DNA from: a virus
Reading direction: 5' to 3' (one strand)
Virus record (IMG/VR): IMGVR_UViG_3300045988_110848
Span: 1-34,081 of that record
Length of the DNA stretch: 34,081 nt
Shown: one piece after another, positions 24,557 to 32,965 of the stretch
Layout: each line of letters starts with the position of its first letter
Numbering within the stretch: position 1 is the first letter of the stretch
Notes under the pieces: generated by a model
Told to the model about the DNA's origin: nothing
What the model saw: the letters and a program-made list of their open reading frames with translations, nothing else
The model's database searches: none
Made by a program: the position numbers and the translations under genes

Positions 24557-25102
24557 ATGAAAAATGAAGTATGGAAAGATATTAGAGGATATGAAAAATA
24601 TTATCAAATATCGAATTTAGGAAGAATTAGAAGAAAAGAAAGAAAAGTAGTATATAAAGATGGTAGAAAATATCATTATAAAACAAAACTGCTTGGTATC
24701 AGAAAAATAAAGAATGGATACAAAACAACCGATTTAACAGTTGATAATAAAGTTAAAACAGTATATATACATAGGTTATTAGCAGAAAATTTCATAGCAA
24801 ATCACAAAGGATTGCCTTGTATAAATCACATTAATGGAAACAAAACAGATAATAGACTAGAAAATTTAGAGTGGTGTTCTTATGGTCACAATTTGCAACA
24901 CGCTTATGATAATAATTTAAGGAAAAAGAACAAAAGAATATTACAATTTACTCTAGATGATAAATTTGTTAAGGAATGGAATTCTATGAACAAAGCACAA
25001 AAAGAATTGAAATTATTTCATATAAAAGATGTATGTGATGGAAAAAGGAAAAAGTGTGGTGGTTATATATGGAGATATGCAGAGATAGAAAAAGTTGAAT
25101 AA
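24557..25102 (+). CDS. NUMOD4 + HNH_3-type homing endonuclease
   Basis: EVWKDIRGYEKYYQISNLGRIRR and INHINGNKTDNRLENLEW motifs. Confidence 0.8.
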   Translation: MKNEVWKDIRGYEKYYQISNLGRIRRKERKVVYKDGRKYHYKTKLLGIRKIKNGYKTTDLTVDNKVKTVYIHRLLAENFIANHKGLPCINHINGNKTDNRLENLEWCSYGHNLQHAYDNNLRKKNKRILQFTLDDKFVKEWNSMNKAQKELKLFHIKDVCDGKRKKCGGYIWRYAEIEKVE

Positions 25103-25415
25103 AGATGTTAAAATAATGCTTAAAATCTACAAAACAAAAGAAAGAGATTGGATGGGATATAAGATATATAGGAATACACCATTAACAAGGCATCACATAT
25201 TTAAAAGGGTATATGGTGGGGCAAACGACATATCCAATTATGCTTTATTGATAGAACAATCTCATGAGGACTTGCATAAAATTGAAAAAATAGATTTACA
25301 AGCATATAATGAATTAAATAATTTATTCAGACAATTAAATGAAAGTATGCAACCTCCAAATGAAGAATATTACCAAAATGTAGGTAAAATATTAAAAAGA
25401 GTTAAGAAAAAATAA
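25095..25415 (+). CDS. Small HNH-family protein (start uncertain: TTG 25095 or ATG 25116)
   Basis: LTRHHIFKRVYGGANDISNYALLIEQSHEDLH. Confidence 0.6.
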   Translation: MNKDVKIMLKIYKTKERDWMGYKIYRNTPLTRHHIFKRVYGGANDISNYALLIEQSHEDLHKIEKIDLQAYNELNNLFRQLNESMQPPNEEYYQNVGKILKRVKKK

Positions 25416-25431
25416 CTCTTTTTTTCTTTAT
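25394..25431 (+). terminator. AT-rich intrinsic terminator at the end of the late region
   Basis: AAAAAGAGTTA / TAACTCTTTTT stem of 11 bp, 8-nt loop, T-rich tail. Confidence 0.55.
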
Positions 25432-25486
25432 TTTATAAGGGTTTATAAAGAAAATGTAAAAAAATTAAAAAAGTTGTTAAAATGTA

Positions 25487-25515
25487 TTGACAAATGTATA
25501 TACCTATGTTATAAT
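25487..25515 (+). promoter_or_regulatory. Early promoter P5: TTGACA-17 nt-TATAAT with an extended TG
   Basis: Perfect hexamers; spacer counted. Confidence 0.7.
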
Positions 25516-25545
25516 TATATTGTAATTAAGGAAAGGAGAACAAAA

Positions 25546-25677
25546 ATGGAAAAATTAACTAAAGAAGAAATTAATTTAATAATAACATTGTTAACAAGAT
25601 TTCTTACAAAAGAAACTGGCAAATATGAAGAATTCATAATGGCAGATAATATAATTAGAAAATTGAGTGAGAACTAA
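25546..25677 (+). CDS. Hypothetical 43-aa protein
   Basis: AAAGGAGAACAAA leader before ATG 25546. The track's 5' extension covers the promoter. Confidence 0.5.
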   Translation: MEKLTKEEINLIITLLTRFLTKETGKYEEFIMADNIIRKLSEN

Positions 25678-25722
25678 AAAAGTTCTCCTCAGTTAAAAAA
25701 TATAAAAAGAAAGGTGATTAGA

Positions 25723-25875
25723 ATGAAAAGGGAAATTAAAAAAGTTGAAAAATTGATTAATAAAAAAGGTTATATACCAGTATTAAGTGGTAATGAAATA
25801 ATATTTGTTATGAATAAGATAACTGGTAAAGAATATACACCTAAGTATAGTTTAATGATAGGAGGTGAGGAATAA
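25723..25875 (+). CDS. Hypothetical 50-aa protein (below the track cutoff)
   Basis: AAAGGTG SD-like sequence; its stop overlaps ATG 25875. Confidence 0.45.
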   Translation: MKREIKKVEKLINKKGYIPVLSGNEIIFVMNKITGKEYTPKYSLMIGGEE

Positions 25876-26072
25876 TGACAAGAGAAGAAATGCTAAAAGA
25901 ATTAAGAAAAATTGAATTAGAAAGAATTGAAATGGATATGTATGGCGGAAAAAAAGAAGAATATATAAAATTATGTGAAAAAGAAAAAGAATTAAGAGAA
26001 AAATTATACAAGGAAGATTATAGAGAAATAACAAACAATGAAGTTAGAGACTTCGTAAGAGTAGGATATTAA
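25875..26072 (+). CDS. Hypothetical protein
   Basis: GGAGGTGAGG SD. Confidence 0.55.
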   Translation: MTREEMLKELRKIELERIEMDMYGGKKEEYIKLCEKEKELREKLYKEDYREITNNEVRDFVRVGY

Positions 26073-26084
26073 GGAGGATAAATA

Positions 26085-26174
26085 ATGAAAAAGTTTTTAA
26101 AAGATAATAAAGGAGCAATTATATTTTATATAGAATTAATTGTGATAACATTATTAGTAGTAAATAATTTATAG
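26085..26174 (+). CDS. 29-aa hydrophobic peptide
   Basis: AAGGAGG SD at 26071-26077; TM-like IIFYIELIVITLLVV. Confidence 0.4.
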   Translation: MKKFLKDNKGAIIFYIELIVITLLVVNNL

Positions 26175-26188
26175 AAAAGGAGAACAAA

Positions 26189-26845
26189 ATGAAAAAGAAT
26201 AAAGAGGTAATGACAAGGAAAAGTTATAGAAGAAAAAAAGAAATAAATAAGGTTTGGGTTAAGGTTAAAAAAATTTTGATAATATTTTTCATAGGTTTTA
26301 TGTGTGGACTTATATATAGTTATGTATTTATATGCTCAGACTTAATTGCAAAGGCAGAGACAAATGAAAACAAGAAAGTAATACAAATAGATCAAGAAGA
26401 AGAAAAGTCTCTTAAATCGCAAAAAAATGCCGAATTAGAGAGTTTAGAAAAAGTAGAAGAATTATCAAATGATTGTACTTTAGATGAAGTATCTTGCAAA
26501 ATTAAGAAAGCAGCACAAGATTATGGTGTTGATTGGAGACTAGCACTTGCTATAGTTCTACACGAAACAGATGATTATAAATCATATGTATTTAATTATA
26601 AAAATAATGTTGGTGGTTTATGGAATGGTATGAAAGACGAGTTCTATAGTTATGACACATTAGATGCGGGAATAGATGCCTATATATCTAATTTAAAACA
26701 CAATTATTATGATGAGGGTCGCACAACAATAGAAACTATACAACCTAAATATGCACCAATAGGAGCAAATAATGACCCTAATGATTTGAATAGCGACTGG
26801 ATACCTGGTGTAACTAGAAAATATAAAGAATTAGGAGGTAAATAA
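26189..26845 (+). CDS. Membrane-anchored peptidoglycan hydrolase-like protein (glucosaminidase/lysozyme-like domain)
   Basis: N-terminal TM segment ILIIFFIGFMCGLIYSYVFI. C-terminal LALAIVLHETDDYKS...NNVGGLWNG...YDTLDAGIDAYISNLKHNYY pattern. Confidence 0.55.
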   Translation: MKKNKEVMTRKSYRRKKEINKVWVKVKKILIIFFIGFMCGLIYSYVFICSDLIAKAETNENKKVIQIDQEEEKSLKSQKNAELESLEKVEELSNDCTLDEVSCKIKKAAQDYGVDWRLALAIVLHETDDYKSYVFNYKNNVGGLWNGMKDEFYSYDTLDAGIDAYISNLKHNYYDEGRTTIETIQPKYAPIGANNDPNDLNSDWIPGVTRKYKELGGK

Positions 26846-27117
26846 TGGAAGAGTTTAAATTACAATTCTACTTCAATTTATATAAGAATACTTCTATGGA
26901 TAGTAGAAATGATTTCAGAGCAAAGTTTCATAAGAAACATGGGGAATTTGGTTATTTAAATGAATTGATAAGAATGATAGAAAACTATCAAATAAAAACA
27001 TATGGTTGTACTTTACATGAGGAGAATAATAGCAGATTAAAGCAACAGACAAATGCCTACCTAAGAGGAAGAGAAAGAAAGAAATCAAATGGGAGGAGGT
27101 GGAGATATTATGAATAA
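26845..27117 (+). CDS. Hypothetical basic protein
   Basis: Coupled ORF with a GGAGG SD. Confidence 0.55.
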   Translation: MEEFKLQFYFNLYKNTSMDSRNDFRAKFHKKHGEFGYLNELIRMIENYQIKTYGCTLHEENNSRLKQQTNAYLRGRERKKSNGRRWRYYE

Positions 27118-27316
27118 TGTTTATATCAATTTAAAAGATATTAATAGTAGTGTATTAAATGATATATTTAAAAATCAAGATTTAGTATCTATCGAAGAGT
27201 TAATTGATAAATTAGAAGATTATTATGCAGAAATAGAAAAACAACAAGAAAAAATTGATGATTTAAAAGAATATAGAAATCAATATTGTGAATTATATGA
27301 CCAATATTGTAGATAG
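27110..27316 (+). CDS. Hypothetical acidic protein
   Basis: GGAGGTGGAG before ATG 27110. Confidence 0.55.
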   Translation: MNNVYINLKDINSSVLNDIFKNQDLVSIEELIDKLEDYYAEIEKQQEKIDDLKEYRNQYCELYDQYCR

Positions 27317-27324
27317 GAGAGAAT

Positions 27325-27480
27325 ATGAGAAAGAAAACAAAAACAAAGGTATTAAATATTAGGCTTTCTGAATGGGAGTTTAATGAATTAGAAAGAGCAA
27401 CAAGATTGACAGGACAAAGCAAAACATCATTCTTAATAATGGCTATGCTTGAAAAGATGCAAAGAATAGGAGGAAAATAA
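27325..27480 (+). CDS. Ribbon-helix-helix (CopG/MobC-like) 51-aa DNA-binding protein (below the track cutoff)
   Basis: LNIRLSEWEFNELERATRLTGQSKTSFLIMAML; TAGGAGAG SD. Confidence 0.5.
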   Translation: MRKKTKTKVLNIRLSEWEFNELERATRLTGQSKTSFLIMAMLEKMQRIGGK

Positions 27481-27746
27481 TGGAATACAATGTTAAATTA
27501 AGTAAAGAAAAAATAAATATAAATGGTAAAGATTATGATATACCTAGAGAAGTAGCAGAGTTTATCATTTATGAAACAAGTACTAGAGATGATATAATTC
27601 AAACAAGAGATGTATATGAAAGAACTATAGATAAAGCAATAGAGTATATAAAAGAGTGTATTTCTTCACCTGATGAATATGAACAGTTTTTGACTACATA
27701 TGAGACGAGTGAATTATTAGATATATTAGAGGCGGTATTGAAATGA
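27480..27746 (+). CDS. Hypothetical protein
   Basis: Coupled ORF. Confidence 0.55.
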   Translation: MEYNVKLSKEKININGKDYDIPREVAEFIIYETSTRDDIIQTRDVYERTIDKAIEYIKECISSPDEYEQFLTTYETSELLDILEAVLK

Positions 27747-28024
27747 TAGAAAAAATATGTGATGAAATTGGCATTACATCTAACGAACTTATAATAAAAT
27801 CATTACAAGAAGAAAATCAAAAATTAAAGGAACAACAAAAAGAATTTATAAGATGGTTAGAAGATAAAATATATAATATTGAGCCTAAAGGAACTGGTAT
27901 AAACTATAATTGTGAATATGATAGTGAAGATGATTATATAAATGCAATGGAGGAACAGTCTAAACTTATCACTTTAAAAAGAATTTTATCAGCATACAAA
28001 AAAATAATAGGAGATGATAGATAA
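27743..28024 (+). CDS. Hypothetical protein
   Basis: ATGA-coupled ORF. Confidence 0.55.
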   Translation: MIEKICDEIGITSNELIIKSLQEENQKLKEQQKEFIRWLEDKIYNIEPKGTGINYNCEYDSEDDYINAMEEQSKLITLKRILSAYKKIIGDDR

Positions 28025-28836
28025 TGGAAGAATATTATAAAAACAATTTAGCAACTTTATATTGTGGTGATTGCGTTGAAATAATGGACTTATTAATAAA
28101 AAATAATGTTAAAGTTGATAAAGTAATAACTTCTCCTCCATATAATATCATTAGACCTAATTCTACCGATAGAGGATATGATGAATACAAAGATGGCATG
28201 GATAATAACGAATACATCGAATGGACAATCAACATCTTTGAAAAATACAATAAGATTTTAAATCAAAATGGTTGTATAATTTATAATATGTCATATGGAA
28301 CCGAAAATACTGAAGTAATGAATTTGACAATAGGCGAAATAATTAAAAAAACTGATTTTACATTGGCAGATATATTAATTTGGAAGAAAAATAATGCCAC
28401 ACCAAACAATGTATCTTCGAATAAAATGACAAGAATTTGTGAATTTGTTTATGTTTTTTGCAAGCGTAATGAGTTCAATACCTTTACTTCTAATAAGAAA
28501 AAAATAGGTGAAAGAGAAGATACCAAACAACCAATATACGAAAATATGTTTAATTTCTTTCAATCCTCTAATAATGACAATGCTACAGATTTAAATAAAG
28601 CAACTTTTTCCACAGAATTTGTAAAAAATATTATTGATAGATATATTAGAACATCAGATGTAGTTTTAGACAATTTTAGTGGAACAGGAACTACGCTTTA
28701 TGCTTGTAGTTCAAGAAACATAAAATCAATAGGAATAGAATTAAGCAAAAAACAATGTGAATATACCAAAGAGAGATTGAAAAAAGGTGTTCAGTTAGAT
28801 ATCTTTGCGGTAGAAGAAGTGGGAGGTGAACGCTAG
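28024..28836 (+). CDS. Orphan DNA methyltransferase (N4-C/N6-A beta class)
   Basis: Motif IV ITSPPY near the N-terminus and motif I FSGTGTT near the C-terminus. No adjacent restriction gene. Confidence 0.85.
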   Translation: MEEYYKNNLATLYCGDCVEIMDLLIKNNVKVDKVITSPPYNIIRPNSTDRGYDEYKDGMDNNEYIEWTINIFEKYNKILNQNGCIIYNMSYGTENTEVMNLTIGEIIKKTDFTLADILIWKKNNATPNNVSSNKMTRICEFVYVFCKRNEFNTFTSNKKKIGEREDTKQPIYENMFNFFQSSNNDNATDLNKATFSTEFVKNIIDRYIRTSDVVLDNFSGTGTTLYACSSRNIKSIGIELSKKQCEYTKERLKKGVQLDIFAVEEVGGER

Positions 28837-29300
28837 TGGAAGAGAAATTATTCCTATTTAACCCTTTTAATATAAAAAATACAAATGAAAAAGAACTTGC
28901 TAGTATGTATCAAGAAGTATTTAAAAAAATTATAGATGAACCTAATTCAATGTATTTATATGCTCATAACATAGAGGTTTATTCTAATCTTAACTACATA
29001 ATAGGAGAAGTAATAGCAAGGCTTACAAAAGACATAATTGAATTAAAAACACAAATAGAAATAGATAGAGCAGTAAGAACAACAGAGGAAAGGAAGAATT
29101 GGAACACCGAAAGAGATGGCAAAACACCTGCTATGGCTTATTTTGAGGCTCTAGGAACTCGTTTTTGCCAAGATGATATAAAGAGACTAGCAGACAAAGA
29201 ATGCTCGTTAAAACGCTTTAAAAATGCTTATACAAGTACAGAAAACAAAATTAATGCTCTAAAAAAGAAAATGGAAAGTATAAAGTTTGAAGAATTTTAA
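28836..29300 (+). CDS. Hypothetical protein (GTG start)
   Basis: GGGAGGTG SD 7 nt before GTG 28836. Confidence 0.55.
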   Translation: MEEKLFLFNPFNIKNTNEKELASMYQEVFKKIIDEPNSMYLYAHNIEVYSNLNYIIGEVIARLTKDIIELKTQIEIDRAVRTTEERKNWNTERDGKTPAMAYFEALGTRFCQDDIKRLADKECSLKRFKNAYTSTENKINALKKKMESIKFEEF

Positions 29301-29308
29301 TTAAGGGG

Positions 29309-29340
29309 GAGATATTAAAAAAATAATATTTCTTCTTTTT
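29309..29340 (+). terminator. Weak AT-rich intrinsic terminator
   Basis: GAGATATT / AATATTTC stem of 8 bp (one G.U), followed by TTCTTTTT. Confidence 0.45.
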
Positions 29341-29345
29341 ATATA

Positions 29346-29374
29346 TTGACAAATACCTTTAAAGGTGGTACAAT
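29346..29374 (+). promoter_or_regulatory. Early promoter P6: TTGACA-17 nt-TACAAT with an extended TG
   Basis: Spacer counted by hand. Confidence 0.65.
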
Positions 29375-29403
29375 TGATTTAGATAAGAAAGGTAGGTGAT
29401 AAA

Positions 29404-29562
29404 ATGAAACTATTATTTAGATTTATGAAGAAAGCAGATAAGACTAAAAACAGAATTATAATACCACAATTTTTAATTAACAAATATGGTAGTGAATTCT
29501 ATTTAGAATTCTATGATGATGAAACTATTAAATTAGTACCAGTTAAAAAGGAGGAAAAATAA
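29404..29562 (+). CDS. AbrB/SpoVT-like 52-aa DNA-binding protein (below the track cutoff)
   Basis: KNRIIIPQFLINKYGSEFYLEFYDDETIKLVPV; AAAGGTAGGTG SD. Confidence 0.5.
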   Translation: MKLLFRFMKKADKTKNRIIIPQFLINKYGSEFYLEFYDDETIKLVPVKKEEK

Positions 29563-30332
29563 TGGAAGATAATAAAAGAGCATTTAAAGGTATTTGGATA
29601 CCAAAAGAGGTTTGGGAAAGTAAAGAATTAACACTTCAACAAAAAGTAATGCTAGTGGAAATCGATAGTTTAGACAATGATAGAGGATGTTATGCTAGTA
29701 ATAAATACTTTAGTGATTTCTTTGGCATAAGTAGTGGAAGAGTATCTCAAGTAATCAATGAATTAATAGATAAAGGATATCTAAATGCAGAATACATAAA
29801 AGAAGATAATCAAATATTAGGAAGAATATTAAAAATACAAAGCCCACCATACCCAGTAAAGGTATTTAAAAAATTAAATAGGGGGTATTTAGAAAATGAT
29901 GAGGGGGGTATTAAATATTCTAAAGAGGGGTATTTAGAAAATGATGAAGATAATAATATAATATATAATAATATAACTAATAATATAATTAATAATAGTA
30001 GTAGTATAAGGCAACAAGATACAATTTATGACTTCTTAGAGAAAAACTTTGGAAGAACATTAAATGGTATTGAAATTGAAATGATAAGAGAATGGAAAGA
30101 TAATAAATTAACTAGATATGCAATTAAGCAAGCAGTATTAAATGGCAAATATAATGTTAAATATATAAATACGATATTAGTTAATTATAGGAATAATTCC
30201 ATAACAACAGTACAACAAGCACAAGAAGAGGAAAAATCATTTAAAAGTAAAAAAGAAATTAAAAAATCAAGAACATCTGCTATGGATGAAACAATAAAGG
30301 AGATATATAATGGAACAATTAAACTTCAGTAA
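29562..30332 (+). CDS. Replisome organizer (N-terminal HTH plus C-terminal DnaD-like domain)
   Basis: FGISSGRVSQVINELIDKGYL HTH. C-terminal YDFLEKNFGRTLNGIEIEMIREW...YINTILVNY DnaD-like pattern. Confidence 0.75.
   Translation: MEDNKRAFKGIWIPKEVWESKELTLQQKVMLVEIDSLDNDRGCYASNKYFSDFFGISSGRVSQVINELIDKGYLNAEYIKEDNQILGRILKIQSPPYPVKVFKKLNRGYLENDEGGIKYSKEGYLENDEDNNIIYNNITNNIINNSSSIRQQDTIYDFLEKNFGRTLNGIEIEMIREWKDNKLTRYAIKQAVLNGKYNVKYINTILVNYRNNSITTVQQAQEEEKSFKSKKEIKKSRTSAMDETIKEIYNGTIKLQ
29869..30000. repeat. Candidate replication origin: GGTATTTA-type iterons plus an almost pure A/T tract
   Basis: A 21-nt perfect direct repeat GGGGTATTTAGAAAATGATGA at 29882 and 29927, degenerate copies at 29870 and 29907, and an AT tract at 29948-30000. 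Confidence 0.6.
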
Positions 30333-30711
30333 GATAGTTAATGTATTAAGAATAGCATATCCGTATTATTTTAAAGATATGGAAAAAGAAAGTACAATTA
30401 TGTTTAATCAATTATATTATAGTAAATTAAAAAGATATGACTATGTAGTAGTATCAAATGCTATAAACAGAATAATTGAAAAAAGCGAATTCATGCCTAC
30501 TATAGCAGAGATATTAACAGAATGTGATAAAGAAACGAGAAAATTATATAAATTAAAAATAGATAAAATGTATTCAAATGGTTACTTTAAAACTGACCAA
30601 GAATATGGAAAGGCCTTACAATGGCTCTTTGAGGACAAGCCTATTGTTCCTAATTGGTTATTAGAAGAAATTAAAGGTTATGAAGAAAAATTATTAATAT
30701 CAAAAAAATAA
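30310..30711 (+). CDS. Helicase loader-like protein (SPP1 G39P-like)
   Basis: YPYYFKD...FNQLYYSKLKRYDYVVVSNAINRIIEKSEFMPTIAEIL pattern; follows the replisome organizer. Confidence 0.55.
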   Translation: MEQLNFSKIVNVLRIAYPYYFKDMEKESTIMFNQLYYSKLKRYDYVVVSNAINRIIEKSEFMPTIAEILTECDKETRKLYKLKIDKMYSNGYFKTDQEYGKALQWLFEDKPIVPNWLLEEIKGYEEKLLISKK

Positions 30712-30730
30712 ATAAAAGTATAAAATATAC

Positions 30731-30759
30731 TTGACAATATGTAAATTAAGATGTATAAT
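30731..30759 (+). promoter_or_regulatory. Early promoter P7: TTGACA-17 nt-TATAAT with an extended TG
   Basis: Perfect hexamers. The track ORF start at 30731 is the TTG of the -35 box. Confidence 0.7.
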
Positions 30760-30784
30760 TTATAATGAAAGGAGAACAAAGAAA

Positions 30785-31459
30785 ATGAAAGAAGAAGAAA
30801 TTAAAACAATGAACATCTATGAAAAAATGTCATTAATAACTGAGGAAATAGGAGTTATTGAAAAAGGATTGACTGTAGAAATAAACAAAACTAGAAGTTA
30901 TAAAGCAGTATCAGAAAGAGATGTATTAGATGGTGTGAAACCTATAGAAAAAAAATATAGAGTTTATAGTTATCCAGCAAAAAGAGAAGTAATTGATAGA
31001 GATACATTAGTGAAAGAAACTGAGTATAATGGAAGCATCACTAAAACTAATACATTATTTATGAGAATAGAAACTACTTATAGATTTGTTAATATAGATA
31101 ATCCTAGTGAGTTTATTGAGACTACAGTCTATGGAGATGGCTTAGATACAGGCGACAAAGCACCAGGAAAGGCAATGACATATGCAGATAAATATGCACT
31201 TATGAAAGCATATAAATTAAGTACTGGAGATGACCCCGATAAAGAGGCAAGCCCCGAAAATGGATATAAGAAAGCCACTAAACAAGTAGGAAATGCAAAA
31301 ATAAGTCCTAAACAAATGGAACTTATACAAAAATATTATCAAGGCGAAAACTTAATTAAATTATTAGAAGTAAATAATCTTGAAAAACTAGAAGATATGT
31401 CTATTAGTAAGGCAAGCGAAATATTAAGTAAATTATTTAAAAAGAAAGATGAGGAATAA
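30785..31459 (+). CDS. erf: ERF-family single-strand annealing recombinase
   Basis: YKAVSERDVLDGVKP...GDGLDTGDKAPGKAMTYADKYALMKAYKLSTGDDPD. AAAGGAGAACAAA leader. Confidence 0.8.
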   Translation: MKEEEIKTMNIYEKMSLITEEIGVIEKGLTVEINKTRSYKAVSERDVLDGVKPIEKKYRVYSYPAKREVIDRDTLVKETEYNGSITKTNTLFMRIETTYRFVNIDNPSEFIETTVYGDGLDTGDKAPGKAMTYADKYALMKAYKLSTGDDPDKEASPENGYKKATKQVGNAKISPKQMELIQKYYQGENLIKLLEVNNLEKLEDMSISKASEILSKLFKKKDEE

Positions 31460-31462
31460 AAA

Positions 31463-31777
31463 ATGAATAATTTAATAGTAAAGGAAATTGAAGAATTTAA
31501 ATTAAGGCAAACTATAGCAGATGAATTAATTTTAATTGATAAAGAAGAAAAAGAATTAAAGCAAAGAAAAGAAAAGATAAGAGAAATCTTATTAAAAGAA
31601 ATGGAAGATAAAGGCATTATAAAAATATCAGATGAAAATATCAGTATTACTTACAAAGCACCAGCTGAGAAAGAAACATTTAGAACAAAAGATTTTAAAA
31701 AAGATTTACCTGATTTATATGATACTTATGTAGAGTTTACACCAGTTAAAAGTTCATTATTAATTAAAATTAAATAA
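31463..31777 (+). CDS. Hypothetical protein
   Basis: Coupled ORF. Confidence 0.55.
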   Translation: MNNLIVKEIEEFKLRQTIADELILIDKEEKELKQRKEKIREILLKEMEDKGIIKISDENISITYKAPAEKETFRTKDFKKDLPDLYDTYVEFTPVKSSLLIKIK

Positions 31778-32373
31778 TGCAAACATGGGTAATAAATGAT
31801 TATGTTATAGAATATTGGGAAGATAGCCATACATATTTAGTTAATGGGATTATTCTTCCCTCTATAACAACAATGTTAAAAAAGAAATTCGGAAATAAGT
31901 ATCAAGGGGTAGACGAAAAAGTTATTGAAATAGCAAGTCAAAGAGGCACTAATATGCACCAAGCAATTCAAGATTATGAGGAAGATGGTATAAATGACTT
32001 GAATAATAGAGAACTTCAAAACTACATATTCTTAAAGAAACATTATAAATGGCAAGTAATAGCCTCAGAAATACCAGTAATCTTGTTTCTAGATAGTATT
32101 CCAGTAGCAGTAGGTAGATTAGACCAAATAATAGAAATGAATGGTGAAAGAGGAGTAAATGACCTTAAAAGGACTGCTACATTTGATAAAGAATATGTTG
32201 CTTATCAGACTAACCTTTATAAGATAGCCTATGAACAAAGTTATCATATGCCTTTATCATTTGTAAGTGGTACACATTTAAGAGAAGAAAAAAGAAAGTT
32301 CTATAAATTACCAGTAAATGAAGAAATGGCAATGAAATTAGTAAAAGAATATTTGGAGGCTAAAAATGACTAA
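31777..32373 (+). CDS. PD-(D/E)XK-type nuclease (putative exonuclease partner of Erf)
   Basis: GRLDQII...VNDLKRT...YQTNLY motif order. Confidence 0.55.
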   Translation: MQTWVINDYVIEYWEDSHTYLVNGIILPSITTMLKKKFGNKYQGVDEKVIEIASQRGTNMHQAIQDYEEDGINDLNNRELQNYIFLKKHYKWQVIASEIPVILFLDSIPVAVGRLDQIIEMNGERGVNDLKRTATFDKEYVAYQTNLYKIAYEQSYHMPLSFVSGTHLREEKRKFYKLPVNEEMAMKLVKEYLEAKND

Positions 32374-32548
32374 GTATTATTTAGAATTAAGAAGTGTTAA
32401 AAGAAAAGAGTTTATTGAAAGAATGTATTTCGATAGTTATGAAGAATTATTGAATTATTTAACAAGAAAAGGTAATGATATATTCAATTGGGGTTTTGAT
32501 AGAAAAATGATATTAATTGTAGAAATAAAAAAGGGAGAGCAAAAATGA
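32366..32548 (+). CDS. Hypothetical protein
   Basis: Coupled ORF. Confidence 0.5.
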   Translation: MTKYYLELRSVKRKEFIERMYFDSYEELLNYLTRKGNDIFNWGFDRKMILIVEIKKGEQK

Positions 32549-32775
32549 CACAAAATGAAATGATAATTAAATATCTAAACGAACATGGTAGCATAACTAC
32601 TTATGAAAGTTACTCAAAGTTATTTATAACTAGGCTTAGTGCTAGAATATTTGACATAAAACATAAGTATGGAATAGAGTTTGAAGAAGAATGGGTAACA
32701 AAAAAGAATATTTATGGTAAGACTTGTAGTTTTAAAAAATATATTCTAAAAAGAAAGGAAGAAAAAAATGTATAG
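32545..32775 (+). CDS. Winged-helix/HTH-like small DNA-binding protein
   Basis: IIKYLNEHGSITTYES...RLSARIFDIKHKYGIEF...Y pattern. Confidence 0.5.
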   Translation: MTQNEMIIKYLNEHGSITTYESYSKLFITRLSARIFDIKHKYGIEFEEEWVTKKNIYGKTCSFKKYILKRKEEKNV

Positions 32776-32965
32776 ATTTAAAAAAGAATTATTTACTAAT
32801 ATCAAAATTAATCAATCAAAAATGGCAAAAGAAATCGGTTTATCGTTTCAATATGTAAATGGTGTTATAAATAATAGATTTAATTGTAGAAAATTAGTAG
32901 CCTACGCAATGACAAAGTTAATTAATAGTAATGCCGAAATAAATGACTACTTTGAGAGGGTATAA
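32768..32965 (+). CDS. HTH (XRE-like) small protein
   Basis: QSKMAKEIGLSFQYVNGVINNR. Confidence 0.5.
   Translation: MYRFKKELFTNIKINQSKMAKEIGLSFQYVNGVINNRFNCRKLVAYAMTKLINSNAEINDYFERV

Noticed and set aside
25669-25687. The hairpin GAGAAC-N7-GTTCTC after ORF 25546-25677 as a terminator
   Set aside because: It has only 6 bp and no following U-tract, and the next gene follows closely in the same operon.
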